From Candidatus Limnocylindrales bacterium (GTDB taxonomy: Bacteria > Chloroflexota > Limnocylindria > Limnocylindrales > CSP1-4): 64,000 bases of DNA. Below are positions 9,535 through 19,136 of this stretch, piece after piece. The first letter of the stretch is position 1, and the number at the start of each line of letters is the position of its first letter. The notes under the pieces are model-generated. The model worked only from the letters and a program-made list of their open reading frames with translations, was not told where the DNA came from and searched no databases. The stretch covers positions 12,653-76,652 of the forward strand of contig JBKKDM010000183.1 of assembly GCA_046707905.1 (NCBI GenBank), read 5' to 3'. The position numbers and the translations under genes were made by a program.

Positions 9535-10652
9535 ACCGGCAGGAACCGCTCGACGAACCGAGCGCTGGCGGCCCCGTCGGAGGCCTCGATCCGGGCAGCC
9601 ACGAAGGCCGCCCACGCCGCCTCGTCGACCGTGGCCCGCGCGATCGCGTTGGGGAGGTCCGCCGGGTCGCTCACCTGCTCGCCGATGAGGTCCGTCCGCG
9701 GGTCGAGGTACAGCCCTGGGTCCCGTTCGTAGTCGGCCATGTCGCCGACCAGGAGGACGAGGGGCCGGCGGAGGAGCGCCCACTCGTAGATCGACGTCGA
9801 CCAGTCGGTGACCAGGACGTCAGTCGCCGCGAGGACCTCGTTGATCTCGTGCGTGGGCTCGATGACGACGTCGAAGCCGCCGGTGGCCTCCTGCGCCGGA
9901 TCGAGGTTGGGGTGCGTCTTGAGCGCCAGCACGTGGTCCGGCGGCAGATCGCGTCGCAGCGCGGCCGCATCGAAGCCGGGGGCCCCCCGCTTCGCCCGGC
10001 CGCGGCCGCGGAAGGTCGGCGCGTAGAGCACGACCCGGCCGCGGCGAAGGGCGGGATACGTCGCGAGGACCCGCTCCCGCGCGGCGGTCAGCGCCGCTTC
10101 GTCGAAGAAGAAGTCGGTCCGAGGCGCCCCGAGCGGAAGCACCCGCTCCACGGGCGTGCGAAGGGCGGCGGCGTAGGGGCCGCGCGACGCCTCGCCCGCG
10201 CTCACCACGTAGTCGTAGTGCCGGTGGAGGAAGGTCCGCTCCGGCTCGGCGAGACCACCAGCCGTGTCGGCCCCGAACCGCTTGAGCGCCCCGACGCCGT
10301 GCCAGACCTGGACCACGGTCGTCCCGGTCCGATGCGGCGCGACGTGCACGGGAAGGTAGGCGTTGTCCACGACGAAGAGCGAGGACGTCCGCAGGAAGTA
10401 GGTGCCCCGGATGACCCGTCCCAGGTAGGCCAGCTTGCCCGGCAGCCCGTAGCTGTAGGGCTCCAGCAGGGTCACGAGCCGGGTTCGCGGCCGCGTTCGG
10501 CGGATCTCGGCGGCGATGGCCGCCAGGTTGCCCTCGAGGTGCGCGACACGGGCGGTCGCGAGGACGACGCGCCGGCGGATCGGCAGGAGATCGAAGACGA
10601 AGCCGAGGATGCGCAGGAGCGTCGCCGAGAGCGCGTGTTCGAGACGGGTCAT
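9531..10652 (-). CDS. CDP-glycerol/ribitol glycerophosphotransferase family protein (TagB/TagF/TarL-like)
   Basis: 373-aa ORF. QVWHGVGALKRFG, YAPTFRG, KTHPN and VTDWSTSIYEWALLRRP match the teichoic-acid phosphotransferase family pattern. Confidence 0.85.
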   Translation of the reverse strand: MTRLEHALSATLLRILGFVFDLLPIRRRVVLATARVAHLEGNLAAIAAEIRRTRPRTRLVTLLEPYSYGLPGKLAYLGRVIRGTYFLRTSSLFVVDNAYLPVHVAPHRTGTTVVQVWHGVGALKRFGADTAGGLAEPERTFLHRHYDYVVSAGEASRGPYAAALRTPVERVLPLGAPRTDFFFDEAALTAARERVLATYPALRRGRVVLYAPTFRGRGRAKRGAPGFDAAALRRDLPPDHVLALKTHPNLDPAQEATGGFDVVIEPTHEINEVLAATDVLVTDWSTSIYEWALLRRPLVLLVGDMADYERDPGLYLDPRTDLIGEQVSDPADLPNAIARATVDEAAWAAFVAARIEASDGAASARFVERFLPV

Positions 10653-10688
10653 CGGCCTCGCAAGTGCCGCGCCAGGTGCACGGGCGCC

Positions 10689-11393
10689 TCAGATCTGCTG
10701 ACGGACGATGATGTTCTGGCCGTCGAGCGTGCGCTCCCCCTCGCTCACGAGCATCGCGATCACGTCCGCGACCGCGTCCGGCTGCATGATCGTGCTGGGA
10801 TCCTCCTCCGGCGCCAGCTTCCGGCGCAGCTCCGTCGCGGTCCGGCCGGGGGAGATCGTGTAGATCTTGACCCCGCTGCCGGCGAGCTCCTCCGCCAGCG
10901 TCTGCGAGAGCGAGACCACCGCGGCCTTCGACGACGCGTACGCGACCCAGCCGGGCCGGGCAGTGATCCCGGCCGTCGAGGCGATGTTCACGATCTTGGT
11001 CGGGCGGCCCTGCATGTACCGGACCACCTCGCGCGTCAGCAGCAGCATCGCGAAGACGTTGACCGTGAACGTCGTGACGAGATTGTCGGCTGTGGTGTCG
11101 AGCAGCGACTTCGGCTCGGCGTAGCCGGCGATGTTCAGCAGGACGTCGATCGAGCCGTGGCGGTCATGGATCCCTGCGACCAGCTCGGGGATGCCGTCGA
11201 GCTGCCCCAGGTCGAAGGCCATCGGGACGATCGTCGCGGTGCCGCCCTCGCAGGCCGAGGCCGTGTCCGCCAGCCCGGCCTCGCTTCGGGCGATGAGCAC
11301 GACGGTCTCGATCGAGGGGTCCCGGCTCAGCTTGACGGCCGTGGCGCGGCCGATGCCCTGGCTCGCTCCCGTGACGACCGCGGTCCTGCCCAC
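10689..11393 (-). CDS. Short-chain dehydrogenase/reductase, candidate sugar-phosphate (ribulose-5-P type) reductase partner of the adjacent cytidylyltransferase
   Basis: 234-aa ORF. VVTGASQGIGRAT Rossmann motif and YASSK catalytic motif. The gene starts 3 nt downstream of the IspD-like gene's stop. Confidence 0.8.
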   Translation of the reverse strand: MGRTAVVTGASQGIGRATAVKLSRDPSIETVVLIARSEAGLADTASACEGGTATIVPMAFDLGQLDGIPELVAGIHDRHGSIDVLLNIAGYAEPKSLLDTTADNLVTTFTVNVFAMLLLTREVVRYMQGRPTKIVNIASTAGITARPGWVAYASSKAAVVSLSQTLAEELAGSGVKIYTISPGRTATELRRKLAPEEDPSTIMQPDAVADVIAMLVSEGERTLDGQNIIVRQQI

Positions 11394-11396
11394 GCG

Positions 11397-12086
11397 TCAG
11401 GAACCGCGCCCGATGAAGTCGGCGTAGAGGCCCTCCGCGACGACGATGTCGGTCGGGACGGTGATCTTCACGTTCCGGTCGTTGCCCGGCAGGATCCGGA
11501 CCTTGCCGCCCGTGTGATGGAGGAACAGGCTCGCATCGTCGGTGAACTGCGAGCCGTCCGCGCGAGCCTTCTGGTGCCCCTCCAGGAGCTGTGCACGATC
11601 GAACTTCTGCGGAAGCTGGACGTTGATCAGCTCCTCGCGGGCGAGGATCCCCTCGACGTAGTCGCGGCCCCGCAGGACCGTGAACGAGATCGGCGCGCCG
11701 TAGGTCGCGTTCGCGTCCGGATCGTCGATCAGGGCCTGGAACTCCTCGACCGTGACGAGCGGCCGGACTGCCTCGTGGAGGATCACCGAGTCGACCCCCT
11801 CGAGCGCCACGAGACCGTTGTAGACGGACTCCTGGCGGGTCTCGCCGCCGACGATGCAATCGAACCTGTCCGCGCCGAAGCGATGGTTCTTGAGGAGCTG
11901 GCGCGTTTCGGCGAGGTGCGCCTCGGGGCAGGTGATCACGACCCGGTCGATCTCGGGGATGGCCCGGGCCTTCTCCAGCACGTGGACGATCAGCGGCTTG
12001 CCGCCGAGCAGGAGGAACTGCTTCGGAAACGGCCGGCCGATTCGCCGGCCGATGCCGCCTGCGAGAACCACCATGCCGATAGACAT
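11397..12086 (-). CDS. IspD/TarI-family cytidylyltransferase (CDP-alditol synthase type)
   Basis: MSIGMVVLAGGIGRRIGRPFPKQFLLLGGKPLIVH is the IspD/TarI signature N-terminus. The ATG at 12086 has GGAGG 5 nt upstream (the ORF table start at 12098 is an in-frame GTG inside that RBS). Confidence 0.8.
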   Translation of the reverse strand: MSIGMVVLAGGIGRRIGRPFPKQFLLLGGKPLIVHVLEKARAIPEIDRVVITCPEAHLAETRQLLKNHRFGADRFDCIVGGETRQESVYNGLVALEGVDSVILHEAVRPLVTVEEFQALIDDPDANATYGAPISFTVLRGRDYVEGILAREELINVQLPQKFDRAQLLEGHQKARADGSQFTDDASLFLHHTGGKVRILPGNDRNVKITVPTDIVVAEGLYADFIGRGS

Positions 12087-12300
12087 CCGTGCCTCCACGT
12101 GGTGCCGGTGCCGGCCTCGCGGCGCGGTCGATCCTAAGCGTACCGGCCCTAGCCGGTATCATCCGCCGTCGAATCCAGCCCCGGAGGCGAGCATCCAACC
12201 CGACACCCTCGAGCCGGCCAACACCGCGCCCGCCGGCGCCGCCGAATCGCTCCCGACCGAACCCAAACGCCGGGTCAGACCCCCGCGTGGGCGCCGGATC

Positions 12301-13446
12301 GTGCCCATCCGGAAGCTGTTCGTACGGATCGGCTTCGCCATCGGCCGGCTCCTGCCGGTCCGGAGCCGGGTCGTCCTCGCGGCCTCCCACTCGAACCAGA
12401 TCAGCGGCAACCTTGCCTTCATCCGCGATGAGCTGGACCGGCGCGAACCCCCGATCCCGTATCGGATCCTCGCGCATCGGACGGGCCGCACGTGGCGCAG
12501 CTGGCTCGCCACCTTCGTGCGGCTGGCCCAGGCCGGCTTCAACATCGCCACCGCTCGGGTCTTCATCGTCGACGACTACTTCTTTCCGTTGTACGTGATC
12601 AAGCCGCGCGCGGGGACGACCGTCGTCCAGACGTGGCATGCGTCGGGCGCGTTCAAGAAGATCGGCTGGAGCGTCCTGGACAAGGCGTTCGGCGCGGACG
12701 AGGAGCTGGTCTCGCAGGTCGCGATCCACTCGAACTACGACGTCTGCCTCATGGCCTCGAAGAGCGCGGCGGTCTACTACGCCGACGCGTTCCGCCAGCC
12801 GATAGAGAAGTTCCGAACCGACCTCGGCATGCCTCGGACGGATGTGCTGTTCGGCGCCGAGAAGATCCCGCGCATCGAGGCCGAGGTCCGGGCGAAATAC
12901 GCCCTTCCGGCAGGCAAGAAGGCAATCCTGTACGCGCCAACGTTCCGCGGCGAGACCGTCCGCCGTGCGCGGACGCCGGAGAACCTCGACGTGCGGGCGA
13001 TGCGTGACGCGCTGGGCAGCGACCACGTCCTCCTGCTCCGGCTCCACCCCTTCGTCCGCAAGGCGACGCCGATCCCCGACGACCTCCGGTCCTTCGCGAT
13101 CGACGTCTCCGACCATCCCGACATCCACGAGCTGATGCTCGTCAGCGACGCTCTGATCACGGACTACTCCAGCGCGATCTTCGAGTTCTCGCTTCTCGAG
13201 CGGCCGATGATCTTTTTCGCCCCCGACCACGACGACTACCTCGACGAGCGGGGCTTCTACTGGGACTACCGGACCGGGGTGCCGGGCCCCGTCTTCGAGA
13301 CGACGGAAGCGGTCGCGGCCTACCTCCGCGCGGGCACGTTCGACCTCGAACGGGTCCTGGCCTTCAAGGCCGAGTCCTTCGAGGTCGCCGATGGCCACGC
13401 GTCCGAACGCTTCGTCGACCAGGTGGTGCTGCCGGCCCTCGGCTGA
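12301..13446 (+). CDS. CDP-glycerol/ribitol glycerophosphotransferase family protein (TagB/TagF-like), divergent from the main operon
   Basis: C-terminal 381 aa of ORF 11854..13446. QTWHASGAFKKIG, YAPTFRG, RLHPF and ITDYSSAIFEFSLLERP motifs. The N-terminus (LFVRIGFAIGRLLPVRSRVVLA) aligns with that of the 9531..10652 paralogue. GTG 12301 is the first canonical start past the divergent gene. Confidence 0.75.
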   Translation: MPIRKLFVRIGFAIGRLLPVRSRVVLAASHSNQISGNLAFIRDELDRREPPIPYRILAHRTGRTWRSWLATFVRLAQAGFNIATARVFIVDDYFFPLYVIKPRAGTTVVQTWHASGAFKKIGWSVLDKAFGADEELVSQVAIHSNYDVCLMASKSAAVYYADAFRQPIEKFRTDLGMPRTDVLFGAEKIPRIEAEVRAKYALPAGKKAILYAPTFRGETVRRARTPENLDVRAMRDALGSDHVLLLRLHPFVRKATPIPDDLRSFAIDVSDHPDIHELMLVSDALITDYSSAIFEFSLLERPMIFFAPDHDDYLDERGFYWDYRTGVPGPVFETTEAVAAYLRAGTFDLERVLAFKAESFEVADGHASERFVDQVVLPALG

Positions 13447-13524
13447 CCTTGCGGTACCATTCGCCCCCGCCCCCGCGCCAGGCGTGATCGGCGCGCCCCG
13501 TCCACAGCAGGAACACCTCACCGC

Positions 13525-15252
13525 ATGACGCTCCGAGCCAGACCCGTTGCGCGGCGCCGCGGCCGCGCCGGCTGGGATTCCGGTGACCGCCGGAACAACC
13601 TCATCAACCTCGGCTTCTTCCTCGCGATCGGGCTCTCGGTCCTCATCCTCGTCGGCTATGCCGCCTGGAGCTGGTACGACGACCACTACGGCTCGGCGGC
13701 CGAGGTCAACGGCCAGGTCATCACCAAGGACGACCTCCGGGCCCGGCTCAAGATCGAGAGCTTCCGCCTCGACTACGTCGAGAGCCGGATCCAGACGCTC
13801 ATGGCCAAGGGCCGGATCAGTCGCGACGACGGCGCCCAGCAGATCTCGTTCCTGACCCAGCGCCGCGAGCAGCTCCCGAACCTCACGCTGGAGCGCCTCG
13901 TCGACGTCGCCCTGATGACCAAGCTCGGCACCGAAAAGGGCATCCAGATCGCCGAATCGGACATCGACGCCCAGCTGCTGGAGGAGAGCACGACCTCCGA
14001 GCAGCGGCACACCTGGATGATCGAGATCCAGCCGGCCGTCGACCCCGACACCGGCGAGGCCAGCGCGGAGCAGCAGCGCGCGGCCCTCGGTCGAGCCCAG
14101 CGGGCCCTGCGGCGGCTGGCTGACGGCGAGCTGTGGGAGGACGTCGCGAAGACCGCCTCCGACTCCGCCTCGGCCGCGCAGTCGGGCGACCTCGGCTGGC
14201 TGTCCAAGGACAGCGGTTACGACGAGGCCTTCATGGATGCGATCTTCGCGGCGTCGATCAACGAGCCGACGGGGATCGTGGAAGGCAAGGACGGGACGTA
14301 CCGGATCGGGCGCTATACGGAGCTCGACCCGGAGTTCGTCGACCCCGACTTCCAGCTCGCCATGGACGAGGCCGGCATCCTCCTCGCCGACTATCGGGTC
14401 GCGGTTCGCGGCGACGTGCTGCGCACGAAGCTCTCCGAGCAGGTCGTCGCCGACCTGTCGAAGGCCGGCCCGCAGCGCCACGTCCTCCAGATCCGGCTCC
14501 CGGAGCCGAACACTTCCTCGGCCGAGATCGAGCCCGGGACGAAGGTCCGGTGGATCGCGTTCGCGCCAAGGGACGACATGACCAACGCGTCGAAGCTGCC
14601 GGACACCGATCCCGCCTGGGTCGCGGCCAAGGCCGACGCCGACCGGACCTACAGCATCCTCAAGGGGACCCCCACGAAGTTCGACGAGCTCGCTCGCAGC
14701 GACTCGGACGAGGCCAGCGGCAAGACCAACGGTGGCAAGCAGCCCTGGTACTACCCGTCCTCGACGATCGACGCGGCCCTCAAGAACGCGATCATCACCA
14801 ACACCGATCCCGCCGGCACGATCCTCGCGCCAATCAAGGCCCAGGACGCCTGGTTCGTCATCCAGATCATGCGTCGCACCGCGGACGAAGAGGGCTGGCT
14901 CGAGGGTCTCAAGGCCAAGATCACGGACGACGCGACGTTCAAGCAGCTCGCCCGCGACAACAGCGAGGGCGAGGGCGTCGAGGACGGCGGCGACATCGGC
15001 TGGATCACCCGTGGCGAGCTGGCAGACCTCCTCGACGCGGCGGTCTTCGCCACCGCGATCGGGGCAACGTCCGATGTCGTCGAGGTGGCCGGTGACGGCT
15101 CCTACCTGCTCCGGATCCTGGCCGAGGAGACCCGCGAGCTGACCGAGGACCAGCTCGAGATCGTGGAGAGCAGCGGCTTCTCGTACTGGTACACGCGCGA
15201 GAAGGAGAAGGCCGACATCGAGTACACCCTCGGGACGTCCCCGACGGGCTAG
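13525..15252 (+). CDS. Membrane-anchored parvulin-type peptidyl-prolyl isomerase (SurA/PrsA-like, two PpiC-like segments)
   Basis: 575-aa ORF. N-terminal TM segment LINLGFFLAIGLSVLILVGYAAW. Two rotamase-like segments: GDLGWLSKDSGYDEAFMDAIF and GDIGWITRGELADLLDAAVF. Confidence 0.8.
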   Translation: MTLRARPVARRRGRAGWDSGDRRNNLINLGFFLAIGLSVLILVGYAAWSWYDDHYGSAAEVNGQVITKDDLRARLKIESFRLDYVESRIQTLMAKGRISRDDGAQQISFLTQRREQLPNLTLERLVDVALMTKLGTEKGIQIAESDIDAQLLEESTTSEQRHTWMIEIQPAVDPDTGEASAEQQRAALGRAQRALRRLADGELWEDVAKTASDSASAAQSGDLGWLSKDSGYDEAFMDAIFAASINEPTGIVEGKDGTYRIGRYTELDPEFVDPDFQLAMDEAGILLADYRVAVRGDVLRTKLSEQVVADLSKAGPQRHVLQIRLPEPNTSSAEIEPGTKVRWIAFAPRDDMTNASKLPDTDPAWVAAKADADRTYSILKGTPTKFDELARSDSDEASGKTNGGKQPWYYPSSTIDAALKNAIITNTDPAGTILAPIKAQDAWFVIQIMRRTADEEGWLEGLKAKITDDATFKQLARDNSEGEGVEDGGDIGWITRGELADLLDAAVFATAIGATSDVVEVAGDGSYLLRILAEETRELTEDQLEIVESSGFSYWYTREKEKADIEYTLGTSPTG

Positions 15253-15256
15253 CCAG

Positions 15257-16435
15257 ATGCTCGACGCCCTCGTCGACGAGGCGGTTCGAGACCACGGCCT
15301 CGATCTTGCCGCGGGCATCCAGGTCGTGGCCGCGGAGCGCCTGATCGCGACCCCGATCGAGCCGTCGCGGCCGCTCCTCGTCGTGCCGCTCGCGATCCTG
15401 GGCGGCGCGTCCACGGCGGCCGCCGAAGCCCTCCCGGGACGCCACGGAGCCGCCGGACGCGATCCGATCGCGCTGCTCGGCCGCCTCTACCCGGGATCCT
15501 CGGCCGTCGCCTCGCTCGGGCGGCGCGGCGGCGCTGCCACGACGACCATCGCCGAGCTCGGCGAGGCGGACCTCGCCGGCCCGCTCTACATCGGGCCGAT
15601 CGCGCCGGAGCTGGCGGCCGCGGGCCCGTGGGCCATGCCCTTCATCAGCCACCGCCTGCGCCAGCCCGACGGCTGCCCGTGGGACCGCGAGCAGACCCAC
15701 GAGTCGCTCCGGAAGCACCTCCTCGAGGAGACCTACGAGGTCTACGACGCGCTGGGCCAGGGGGCCACGCCGGCCCTGGCCGAGGAGCTCGGCGACCTGC
15801 TCCTCCAGGTCGTCCTCCATGCCCAGCTCGCGGCCGAGGCCGGCGTCTTCGACCTCGCCGACGTCCAGGCATCGATCGCCCGCAAGATCGTCCGGCGCCA
15901 CCCCCACGTCTTCGGCGACGCGGTCGCGAGGACCGCTGCGGACGTGAACCGCCAGTGGGAGCGGATCAAGGCCGATGAGCGCGCCGAGGCGGCCTCCGCG
16001 GCAAGCGACGAGTCGGGCCAGCCGCCGGCGCCTCGCAGCGCCCTCGACGGCATCAGCGCCTCCATGCCGGCCCTCGCCGCGAGCCAGGAGATGCAGGAGC
16101 GAGCGGCGGCGCTCGGCTACGACTGGCCGGACATCGACGGCGTCCTCGACAAGGTCGCCGAGGAGCTGGGCGAGCTCGCCCGCGCCACCAACGCCGCCGA
16201 ACGACAGGAGGAGTTCGGCGACCTCCTCCTCGTGGTCGCGAACGTCGGGCGGAAGCTCGGCATCGAGACCGAGGGCGCCCTGCGCGCCGCCAACGACAAG
16301 TTCCGCCGGCGGTTCCGACGAGTCGAGACCCTCGTCGCCGAGCGGGGCGTCGCCATCCGCGACCTCGATTTCGAGACGCTCGACGAACTGTGGGATGCTG
16401 CCAAGGTGGCCGAACGAGCAGAGGGAGCCCAATGA
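15257..16435 (+). CDS. mazG: MazG-family nucleoside triphosphate pyrophosphohydrolase with an extra N-terminal domain of about 130 aa
   Basis: [26 protein letters not shown]...[16 protein letters not shown]...[14 protein letters not shown] and a second [18 protein letters not shown] repeat are the tandem MazG motifs. Confidence 0.85.
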   Translation: MLDALVDEAVRDHGLDLAAGIQVVAAERLIATPIEPSRPLLVVPLAILGGASTAAAEALPGRHGAAGRDPIALLGRLYPGSSAVASLGRRGGAATTTIAELGEADLAGPLYIGPIAPELAAAGPWAMPFISHRLRQPDGCPWDREQTHESLRKHLLEETYEVYDALGQGATPALAEELGDLLLQVVLHAQLAAEAGVFDLADVQASIARKIVRRHPHVFGDAVARTAADVNRQWERIKADERAEAASAASDESGQPPAPRSALDGISASMPALAASQEMQERAAALGYDWPDIDGVLDKVAEELGELARATNAAERQEEFGDLLLVVANVGRKLGIETEGALRAANDKFRRRFRRVETLVAERGVAIRDLDFETLDELWDAAKVAERAEGAQ

Positions 16436-17169
16436 CACTCGGGAATCGACCGCCTTCGGTCCGCGCCGACGGCCGGCGGCCCGCCGACCTCCGGCCCGTC
16501 ACGATCACCATGAACGTCCTGAAATGGGCCGAGGGCTCATGCCGGATCCGACAGGGCGACACGGAGGTCCTGTGTGCCGCCACGATCGGCGACCGGGTGC
16601 CGCCGCACCTCCGGGGCAAGGGCACCGGCTGGGTGACCGCCGAGTACTCGATGCTCCCGCGGGCGACCGCGGAGCGATCCGAGCGTGAGGCCGTGAAGGG
16701 CAAGCTCGGCGGCCGGACCCACGAGATCCAGCGCCTGATCGGGCGCTCGCTTCGCGGCATCGTCGACACGACGAAGCTCGGCGAGCGGACGGTGACGATC
16801 GACTGCGACGTGCTCCAGGCCGACGGCGGGACTCGCTGCGCGTCGATCACGGGTGGCTACGTGGCCCTCGCGGCCGCGCTGATGAAGGCCGGCTACGAGC
16901 GCGTCCTGACCGGCAAGGTCGCGGGCGTCTCGGTCGGCATGGTCCATGGCCTGCCGATGCTCGACCTCGACTACTCGGAGGACTCGACGGCGGAGGTCGA
17001 CATGAACGTCGTCGGGACCGATGCCGGGACCTACATCGAGCTCCAGGGGACCGCCGAGGGGCTGCCGTTCGACCGCGGGCGGGTCGAGTCGCTCCTCGAC
17101 CTCGCGGACACGGGGCTGGCGCGGCTGTTCGAGGCGCAGGCGACGGCCCTCGCCTCGGTCAAGCGCTGA
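16432..17169 (+). CDS. rph: Ribonuclease PH
   Basis: Start [23 protein letters not shown] (ATGA overlap with the mazG stop). [26 protein letters not shown] and [18 protein letters not shown] are RNase PH signatures. Confidence 0.9.
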   Translation: MTLGNRPPSVRADGRRPADLRPVTITMNVLKWAEGSCRIRQGDTEVLCAATIGDRVPPHLRGKGTGWVTAEYSMLPRATAERSEREAVKGKLGGRTHEIQRLIGRSLRGIVDTTKLGERTVTIDCDVLQADGGTRCASITGGYVALAAALMKAGYERVLTGKVAGVSVGMVHGLPMLDLDYSEDSTAEVDMNVVGTDAGTYIELQGTAEGLPFDRGRVESLLDLADTGLARLFEAQATALASVKR

Positions 17170-17816
17170 ATCGCGCCAGCGACGCCGCGCGACCCCGCGT
17201 CGTCGTCGCGACGCGCTCCGAGCACAAGCTCCGCGAGCTACGCTCGCTGCTCCGCCTCGGGGGCGTGGATCTCGTCTCCCTCGACGAGCTCGGGGTTCCC
17301 GGCGAGCCGGTCGAGGACGGCCTGACCTTCGAGACGAACGCCCGTATCAAGGCTCGCTTCGCGGCCCGGGCCACGGGCCTGCCGGCGCTCGCCGACGATT
17401 CCGGGATCGAGGTCGACGCGCTCGGCGGCGCGCCGGGCGTCCGGACTCGCCGCTACGCCGGCCCGGCAGCGACCGACGACGAGAACAACGCCAAGCTCCT
17501 CCGGGAGCTCGCCGAGGTGCCCGCCGGGAAGCGCGGCGCGCGCTACGTGTGCGTCCTGGCCCTCGCGCTCCCCGACGGCGCCGCGCCGGGCGGTCTTCGG
17601 ATCATCGAGCGCCGCGGCACGTCCCGCGGCCGGGTCGCCTTCGAGCCACGCGGGCGTGGCGGCTTCGGCTACGACCCGCTGTTCGAGCCGGCACGGGAGC
17701 GTCCCGGCGCCCGGACGTTCGGCGAGTACGCGGCGGCCGAGAAGGACGCCATCTCCCACCGCGGACGCGCCGCGCGGCGGATGGCGCCCGTGCTCGAGGA
17801 CCTGGCGAGAGGTTGA
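17166..17816 (+). CDS. rdgB: RdgB/HAM1-family non-canonical purine NTP pyrophosphatase. The 5' end is uncertain and is proposed as a CTG start.
   Basis: [34 protein letters not shown] and [17 protein letters not shown] motifs. The conserved N-terminal segment [16 protein letters not shown] lies in frame upstream of the first canonical start (GTG 17265). Only CTG 17166, which overlaps the rph TGA, precedes it. Confidence 0.75.
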   Translation: MNRASDAARPRVVVATRSEHKLRELRSLLRLGGVDLVSLDELGVPGEPVEDGLTFETNARIKARFAARATGLPALADDSGIEVDALGGAPGVRTRRYAGPAATDDENNAKLLRELAEVPAGKRGARYVCVLALALPDGAAPGGLRIIERRGTSRGRVAFEPRGRGGFGYDPLFEPARERPGARTFGEYAAAEKDAISHRGRAARRMAPVLEDLARG

Positions 17817-17879
17817 TCGAGGGGCGCCCGCCTGCGAGCTGACGCCCCTCGATGGTGTGCGCCGCGACGGCGCGATGTT

Positions 17880-18986
17880 CTACGGGCCGGTGAGCCCGAG
17901 GTCCGCGAGCCAGATGTCGGTGCCGTCGTTCGACAGCCACTCCACCAGGAGGGCCACCCGCTCGCCGCGCTGGAACGCCGCGACGGTGTGCACGGCGCCG
18001 TCCGGCAGGCCCGCGGTGTCGAGTCCGGGCCAGGGCCACTCGCAGCCCCAAGTGTCGCCCTCGTCGAGGCTGTCGGCGTACCCGACCACCGCTCGCGAGT
18101 CGATCGGCTCGGCGTAGCCGGCGTAGGCCATGACGATGTTGTCGGACGTCGCGATGACCCGCGGCTGGTGGATGGCCCGCGCATCGAAGTCGCCGCAGAG
18201 CCCCGGCTCGATCACCGGCCCCTCGCCCTTGGTCCAGGTGATCCCGTCCTCGGACGTGGCCTTGCCGATTGGGCCGCCGGTCGTGTTCGCCGACTCGATG
18301 CCCGAGTAGAACATCGCGTAGCCGGTTGCGGCCGGGATGACGGCCGGGAAATCGAGACCGCCCGCGTCCCACGATCCCGCCTCGCCCCGCCGGAGGACCG
18401 GCTCGGCGCTGCGCGTCCAGGGTCCGGTAGGAGCGGGCGCCGTGGCTCGCCAGATGTCCCAGCCCTGCTGTTCGCTGGCGAGCGTCCCGACGAGGTACAT
18501 GACCCAGCCGTCACCGTCCTCCAGGACGCTGGTCGGCATCGCGCCGGGGTTCCCGAAGCCGTCGGACAGCGCCGCGAGGGAGGCGTCGGGGGTCTCCGTC
18601 CAGGCCACGCCGTCGGTCGAGGTCAGGTAGTGGACCTCCTGCGTGCCCGGCGTATCGGCGAAGGCGATGACCCAGGCGTGATACGTGCCGTCGGCCCCGG
18701 CCACGACGGCGCCCGGGAGGACGGCGCCGCGGTCGGCGAAGGTCGTTCGCGGAATGACCGGCTCGGTGCCGACGAGGTGGAAGAGGCCCGGCGGGCTCTC
18801 GCTCGGGGCCTGCGTTGCCGGGCCCGCGGTGGGCGGCGGCACGCTCGCTCCCGTCGAGCCCCCGGGGTTCGTCGTCGCCGCCGGGGTCTGGCAGGCCGCC
18901 ACGACGGCGATCGATGCCAGGACCAGCGCGCGGCGCACCACGGAGAAGGGAAGCGAAGAGGAAAAGGAGACGCCGGACGGTTCCAT
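17880..18986 (-). CDS. Secreted lipoprotein, possibly a five-bladed beta-propeller (GH43/GH32-like) fold
   Basis: 368-aa ORF. Signal peptide with lipobox ...LASIAVVAAC. Repeated GxxW..DG..W segments (STDGVAWTE, SEDGITWTK) are typical of beta-propeller glycosidase-like proteins. The functional call is tentative. Confidence 0.55.
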   Translation of the reverse strand: MEPSGVSFSSSLPFSVVRRALVLASIAVVAACQTPAATTNPGGSTGASVPPPTAGPATQAPSESPPGLFHLVGTEPVIPRTTFADRGAVLPGAVVAGADGTYHAWVIAFADTPGTQEVHYLTSTDGVAWTETPDASLAALSDGFGNPGAMPTSVLEDGDGWVMYLVGTLASEQQGWDIWRATAPAPTGPWTRSAEPVLRRGEAGSWDAGGLDFPAVIPAATGYAMFYSGIESANTTGGPIGKATSEDGITWTKGEGPVIEPGLCGDFDARAIHQPRVIATSDNIVMAYAGYAEPIDSRAVVGYADSLDEGDTWGCEWPWPGLDTAGLPDGAVHTVAAFQRGERVALLVEWLSNDGTDIWLADLGLTGP

Positions 18987-19136
18987 CAGCCTGCCAGCTC
19001 CCGCCCGGCGTCGGGCCAGAGACGCCGGTGTTCGACGGGCGGTTCCCGGCGATCTCGGCTACCCCTACGAGCCTCCTCGCCGCCCTGGTGTGACCGAAAC
19101 AGACCCCGGCTGCCTTCCCGGCGGCCCGACGGGGGA

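Noticed and set aside
11164-15414. A 1416-aa minus-strand ORF spanning four annotated genes
   Set aside because: It runs antisense or out of frame to clearly recognisable genes (IspD-like, TagF-like, PPIase, MazG). Its translation is Arg/Gly/Pro/Asp-rich low-complexity sequence with no motifs. This is the typical stop-codon-poor shadow ORF of very high-GC DNA.
15257-15650. Extra N-terminal domain of about 130 aa on MazG, considered as a separate gene or a truncated tetrapyrrole-methylase domain (YabN-like)
   Set aside because: It is continuous in frame with MazG and has good codon bias, but I could not identify methylase motifs by eye. It is left as part of the mazG CDS.
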